From the NCBI GenBank assembly GCA_964585925.1, contig CAZPFS010000003.1, positions 17,619 through 81,618 on the forward strand: a DNA stretch of 64,000 nt, read 5' to 3'. Source of the DNA: an uncultured Syntrophomonadaceae bacterium (GTDB lineage Bacteria; Bacillota; Dethiobacteria; DTU022). Position numbers and translations under genes: made by a program. This document shows positions 59,744 through 64,000 of the stretch, in pieces. The notes beneath the pieces were generated by a model, which searched no databases, had not been told where the DNA came from, and saw only the letters and a program-made list of their open reading frames with translations. Within the stretch, counting starts at the first letter, position 1, and each line of letters starts with the position of its first letter.

Positions 59744-60808
59744 CTACAGGTTATGATTGAGATAATACTCAAAAATATTGCGATCCCGGCTGAATATCGT
59801 GGCAACCAGGGCCGCCCGGATCCACATCCCGTTGCGGACCTGCCTCCAGTAGGCCGCGCGGGGATCCTCGTCCACCTCGCGGGATATCTCCTGCCTTCTG
59901 GGCAGGGGGTGCATAATGATGGCATCCGGTTTCATCAACTTAACCTGCTTGCCGGTAATGGAATAATGAGCCAGATCCAGTTTTTGGCTGGTTCCATCTA
60001 CTTCATCCCACTCATCCTGAAGCCTGGTCATGTAAATAGCGTCGACCTGGGGAATGATGCCCTCGAAATCCCCGGTCACCTCATAACAGACCCCGGCTTG
60101 ATCAAGGCAGGATTTGAGATCATCGCCTATCTGAAAGCCGTCCGGTGCCACAAAGTACTGCTTGATCCCCTCATATTTGATCAATAGCTGGGACAGGGAA
60201 CGAACGGTCCGCCCGCGCAGCAGATCACCTACAAAGGCAATCTGTTTGTTGTTGATCCCCCCCCGGCTCTGGAAACTGCGCTTCAAGGTATATATATCCA
60301 GCAGGGCCTGGGTGGGGTGCTGATCTTTACCTGAGCCGGCGTTGATTACCGGCACCGGCCGTTCGGTACGGTCCAGCAATTCAGAGATTGTTTCGGCAAA
60401 ATTTGCCTTGTGATGGCGCATGATAATTATATCAAAATAAGAAGAAAATATGCGGACCGTATCCTCTTCCGACTCGCCTTTTATTTCAGAGGAGGTCTTG
60501 GGATCCCGGACCTCGGCGCACCTTATACCCAGGATCTGACAGGCACTGTAAAAGGAGAGAAAGGTCCGGGTGGAGGGTTGTACAAAATAAAGCATAGCCC
60601 GTTTATGATGCAGGGTCGACTCCAGAAATTCCATACCGGCTTTGGTGTTGGCAATTTCCCTGATTTTATCCGCCAGATTGCATATTTCTTCGATGAATTC
60701 CCGGCTAAATTGCTGGGCCTTAATACAGTGATAGATTTTACCTTTCTGTTTCAAGCCATACACTCCTTTGCCATAATATAACCGGCTGATTTTGGAGCTG
60801 ATGTACAA
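59744..60808 (-). CDS. Aspartate/ornithine carbamoyltransferase superfamily protein, YgeW-like catabolic transcarbamylase
   Basis: STRT motif variant (PSTRTF) for carbamoyl-phosphate binding. Its N-terminal region and size (354 aa) are atypical versus ArgF/PyrB. Confidence 0.7.
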   Translation of the reverse strand: MYISSKISRLYYGKGVYGLKQKGKIYHCIKAQQFSREFIEEICNLADKIREIANTKAGMEFLESTLHHKRAMLYFVQPSTRTFLSFYSACQILGIRCAEVRDPKTSSEIKGESEEDTVRIFSSYFDIIIMRHHKANFAETISELLDRTERPVPVINAGSGKDQHPTQALLDIYTLKRSFQSRGGINNKQIAFVGDLLRGRTVRSLSQLLIKYEGIKQYFVAPDGFQIGDDLKSCLDQAGVCYEVTGDFEGIIPQVDAIYMTRLQDEWDEVDGTSQKLDLAHYSITGKQVKLMKPDAIIMHPLPRRQEISREVDEDPRAAYWRQVRNGMWIRAALVATIFSRDRNIFEYYLNHNL

Positions 60809-60843
60809 TGCCCCGGGCAGATGACAACCGCAGGGTCAGGCCA

Positions 60844-62031
60844 TCAGATGATTTTTTCCTGTTGGAGCCGGGAGATCTCCGGCGAGCCATAACCCAAACT
60901 GTTCAGAATCTCCTCGGTATGCTGACCCAGGGCGGGGGGGGGCAAAGTGATCGCTCCCGGAGTGCCGGACAATTTTATAGGAATACCGAGCATCTTTATT
61001 TTCCCGGCAGTGAGATGTTCCCGTTCCACCACCATCTCCCTGGCGCTCACGTGGCTATCGGTCAGCACCTGATCCAAGGTGCGGATCCTACCGCAGGGAA
61101 CGCCGGCCTGTTCCATAATTTCCATCCACTCGGCGGTGGTTTTTTCCACGGTAAACTGTTCGATTATTTTTTTTAGTTCCGCCGGATGCCGGTTGCGGCT
61201 GTTCATGTCCGAAAAGCGAGGATCCTGATTCAATTCCGGGAAACCCAGGGCACGGATAAAGTTTTCCCAGAGGCGCTGATTGCCCACTGCGAATATAACA
61301 TACCCGTCTTTTGTTTCAAAGCTTTCATAGGGGGTGATCATGGGATGGCGGTTGCCTACCCGACCCGGGGCCTCTCCGGTGGCCAGGAAATGGCCGGCTT
61401 GGTAAGTGAGAATGGAGATTATGGAATCCATCAGGGAAATATCCACAAACTGTCCCTTCCCCGTTTTTTGCCGAACCAGCAATGCCAGCAGAATTCCTTC
61501 AAAGGCATTGTGACCTGCCAGTATATCGGCAATGGCTACCCCCACCCTTTGGGGGGGGCCGTCGGGAAATCCGGTAATGCTCATCAGCCCCGCTTCTCCC
61601 TGGATCATAACATCAAAACTGGGTTTTTCTTTGTACGGGCTGTTGTGGCCGTACCCGGTAACGGAGCAGTAAATGATATTTTTATTGATCTGTTTTACCT
61701 CTTCATAGGTCATTCCCATCTGGGCAGTTACCCCTACCCGGAAATTTTCTACAAAAATATCTGCCTCCCGGATCAATTGCATTACTATCTGCCTTGCTTT
61801 TTCCTGGCGCAGATTCAGAGTTATGCTTTTTTTGTTGCGGTTAAATGACAGAAAATAGGCAGATTCTCCGTTGATAAAGGGAGGCCCCAGAGCGCGGGAA
61901 TCGTCGCCCTTGCCCGGGGTTTCCACTTTTACAACCTCCGCCCCCATATCGCCCAACCTCATCGTACAGTAAGGCCCGGCAATAAACCTGCTCAAATCTA
62001 CTACCTTTACTCCAGCCAATGGTTTGTCCAC
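60844..62031 (-). CDS. Family III CoA-transferase (CaiB/BaiF/Frc type)
   Basis: MDKPLAGVKVVDLSRFIAGPYCTMRLGDMGAEVVKVE is the canonical family III N-terminus. 395 aa. Confidence 0.8.
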   Translation of the reverse strand: MDKPLAGVKVVDLSRFIAGPYCTMRLGDMGAEVVKVETPGKGDDSRALGPPFINGESAYFLSFNRNKKSITLNLRQEKARQIVMQLIREADIFVENFRVGVTAQMGMTYEEVKQINKNIIYCSVTGYGHNSPYKEKPSFDVMIQGEAGLMSITGFPDGPPQRVGVAIADILAGHNAFEGILLALLVRQKTGKGQFVDISLMDSIISILTYQAGHFLATGEAPGRVGNRHPMITPYESFETKDGYVIFAVGNQRLWENFIRALGFPELNQDPRFSDMNSRNRHPAELKKIIEQFTVEKTTAEWMEIMEQAGVPCGRIRTLDQVLTDSHVSAREMVVEREHLTAGKIKMLGIPIKLSGTPGAITLPPPALGQHTEEILNSLGYGSPEISRLQQEKII

Positions 62032-62325
62032 TATCTCATCCTCCTATCATTTGCAATTTGTTTCTATGCCTGAATATATATTTCCTGCCTTCAAGGGCGC
62101 TTATGCGTTGATTTTCACAAGCAATTCTACTTATCATACTCCTTGATCTCTTTAAATTCCACCGGATTTTCCATGTTCGGCCCGATTTGCATTTAAACTT
62201 TACCTGTCCAGAAAATATCGGCTGGATCCGGTAAAAACCCTGCGTTATGGCTAAATAATTTTTCTAGAAGGGAATGAAGCTTTGTTTTTCGGGGAAAATT
62301 AGACCTAAAAGGAGGGAATTATTTA

Positions 62326-62778
62326 ATGGATCAGGTCAGACCGGTTGTGATCAAGTTTATCTACATTGCAGCGATAACCCTTATCTTCTTTACTTTTTTA
62401 TTGGTCCCCTCACTGTCGATACTGTCATCCCTGGTTATGTCAGCGGTAGTAACCCTGGTTTTATTCTTCGTCGGTGACCGGTTTATATTAACCCGCTTCG
62501 GGGCGCTAACCTCTTCTATCGCCAATTTTGTATTAGCCGCCCTGGTATTCAGCCTGGCCGGATCTTTCATTAGCCGGCCCCTCTCCGCCGGAGCAATTTT
62601 TTCCGCGGCGGCAGTAATTGGGGTGGCCGAATGGTTTTACTACCGTTACGTTCAGGAAGCCCCGATCATGGCGGGAGAATCTGGAGGGGGTGACCAATCC
62701 CAGGAGCAGGGCGAACACCAGGAAGGCCAGCAAGGACCGGAACAGCCCGGAGACAATCCGGATGGGTCACAGAATTAG
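62326..62778 (+). CDS. Small membrane protein with an acidic Gly/Gln-rich C-terminal tail (YndM-like)
   Basis: 150 aa with 3-4 TM helices and a low-complexity tail. RBS AAAGGAGGG upstream. Confidence 0.5.
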   Translation: MDQVRPVVIKFIYIAAITLIFFTFLLVPSLSILSSLVMSAVVTLVLFFVGDRFILTRFGALTSSIANFVLAALVFSLAGSFISRPLSAGAIFSAAAVIGVAEWFYYRYVQEAPIMAGESGGGDQSQEQGEHQEGQQGPEQPGDNPDGSQN

Positions 62779-62906
62779 ATCGAATACGTTCCTTTGATAC
62801 AGGGCAGAATGTGATTATAAGGGGATGGTTCGCCGTTTGTAAACAGTGAACCATCCCCGTTTTTCCTACCCTATTTTTTTCTATCTTTAAATTATCCGGT
62901 TATTTT

Positions 62907-64000
62907 CTATTTGGCCGCCCCCACATCGATGCCTTCACCGGGCACTTTCTTTTTAAAGCCCCACCCGGTCCAGTTGACCAGTTTGAGCGGTTTACCGTCC
63001 ACATCGGCCAGCAGCAAAGGTTTGTCGGATTTCTGGGTAGCCAGAGATACCACTACCAGCAGAACTATGGACACGATAAAAGCCGGAACCGAGCCTATGT
63101 ACACGGCGTCCCAAATAGCCCAATCCATATAGGGCACCCCCGCTTCCACCACGCCTATATTGGCGTCTTTCGTCATGGGCAGGTATAAAAGAATAAAAAC
63201 AATCCAGGAGGCAAATCCCCCCAACAAGGCCGTCACCGCACCGGACTGATTGGCCTTTTTCCAGAAATATCCCGCGGCATAAGGGGCCATCAGCCCAATC
63301 AATATTATGGACCAGGCAATAACCATCAGAAAATAGATGGTCTCCGCAAACAGAGCCAGGAACAGAGACACCAGCGCCACTATCGGAACGCACAGTCGGG
63401 TGATCCTTAATTTGGTTTGATCACTGGCGTCGGGTTTGAAATGACGTACCACATTGAAACCAATTATGGAAGAGGCCGCCAACAGCGCGCTGTCCGCGCT
63501 GGACATGGTGGCCGCAATGACGCCGCACACAAATATCACCATTATGATCGGAGGCAAAAATTTCACGGCCAGCATGGGCAGGATCATCTCCGTCTGCGGG
63601 ATGCTCAGTGCGGGATCTACCTCAAACATCACGATACCCAGCATTATGGGGATCAATCCCACCGTCAGATACAAAATGCCGGCAATATAGGCGCTGTAGA
63701 CCGATGTTTTTTCGTCTTTTGCCGAAAGAGTCCGCTGCATCAGGTCCTGGGCCGGGATACTGCCCAGGCCGATGGAGATCCAGGCACCGATATAATAAAT
63801 CCATCCCGGCAGACCGAGATAGCCAAGATATCCGCCTTCCTTGACCGGCCCCATGGCAAAGCTGGGCAGTTCAGACCAGTTACTGGCATGCGATATAAAG
63901 TATTCCCAACCCCCGATATGCGATATCGCAAACGGAACCATGATCACCAAACCTAATATCAAAAGGATCATCTGGTAAACATCGGTAACCGTAACGGACC
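62907..64000 (-). CDS. Sodium:solute symporter (SSS) family transporter. The N-terminus lies beyond the right window edge; the tracked Met at 63971 is internal.
   Basis: The reading frame stays open from 63971 to 64000. SSS-type TM helices are present, and the 354 aa seen lack TM1-3. Confidence 0.7.
   Translation of the reverse strand, partial: SVTVTDVYQMILLILGLVIMVPFAISHIGGWEYFISHASNWSELPSFAMGPVKEGGYLGYLGLPGWIYYIGAWISIGLGSIPAQDLMQRTLSAKDEKTSVYSAYIAGILYLTVGLIPIMLGIVMFEVDPALSIPQTEMILPMLAVKFLPPIIMVIFVCGVIAATMSSADSALLAASSIIGFNVVRHFKPDASDQTKLRITRLCVPIVALVSLFLALFAETIYFLMVIAWSIILIGLMAPYAAGYFWKKANQSGAVTALLGGFASWIVFILLYLPMTKDANIGVVEAGVPYMDWAIWDAVYIGSVPAFIVSIVLLVVVSLATQKSDKPLLLADVDGKPLKLVNWTGWGFKKKVPGEGIDVGAAK

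Overview
This is a high-GC chromosomal window, probably from a Clostridia/Peptococcaceae-type Firmicute. It carries a CIRCE operator upstream of groES-groEL and a tsaE-tsaB-rimI-tsaD operon. About 90% is coding, and no rRNA, tRNA, CRISPR array, integrase or transposase was seen.

The first ~26 kb is housekeeping:
- a pur cluster on the minus strand, purE-purL-purF-[hppA]-purM, with purM cut by the window edge
- groES-groEL with CIRCE and a sigma-A promoter
- a Ddl-like ATP-grasp, small ORF and metallophosphoesterase trio
- a split chrA pair, a GalE-like epimerase, pyrF, hsp20, an LCP protein and murC
- tsaE-tsaB-rimI-tsaD, azlCD, and an ABC-F ATPase divergent from a TetR-epimerase operon

From 27 kb to the right end the window is a large anaerobic purine/urate-type catabolic island:
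- a minus-strand operon (M20 amidohydrolase, metal amidohydrolase, livKHMGF-type ABC importer, M28/PA peptidase, a hypothetical, a CyuA/YhaM-like UPF0597 protein) divergent from a GAF-PAS sigma-54 activator
- a selenium-dependent molybdenum hydroxylase accessory set (YqeC-MocA fusion, ModE-like winged helix, XdhC, a MoCF-binding protein, a Rossmann-type accessory protein)
- a three-subunit xanthine-dehydrogenase-family enzyme
- DUF1116 (YlbE-like), a cyclase-family protein, a 61-aa ORF, FdrA and carbamate kinase
- a PucR-family regulator, an NCS2 xanthine-type permease, a possible DUF2877 protein, a YgeW-like carbamoyltransferase, a family III CoA-transferase, and a sodium:solute symporter cut by the window edge

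Non-coding highlights:
- a family of REP-like palindromic hairpin repeats (core ggggacagacc-N9-ggtctgtcccc) in two arrays at gene 3' ends, plus a solitary degenerate copy; one array contains a 28-bp tandem sub-repeat of half-hairpins
- a 300-bp repeat-dense intergenic region (45810..46100) carrying about six copies of a CCCCTTT-AAA-AAAGGGG inverted repeat, upstream of the SDMH accessory operon
- a cluster of four same-orientation DnaA-box 9-mers upstream of murC
- several GC-rich hairpin terminators

Several start codons in the ORF track look too far upstream (tsaD, livF, livG, ModE-like, Mo-subunit, PucR, TetR, sigma-54 activator). Many long antisense ORFs are high-GC artefacts.
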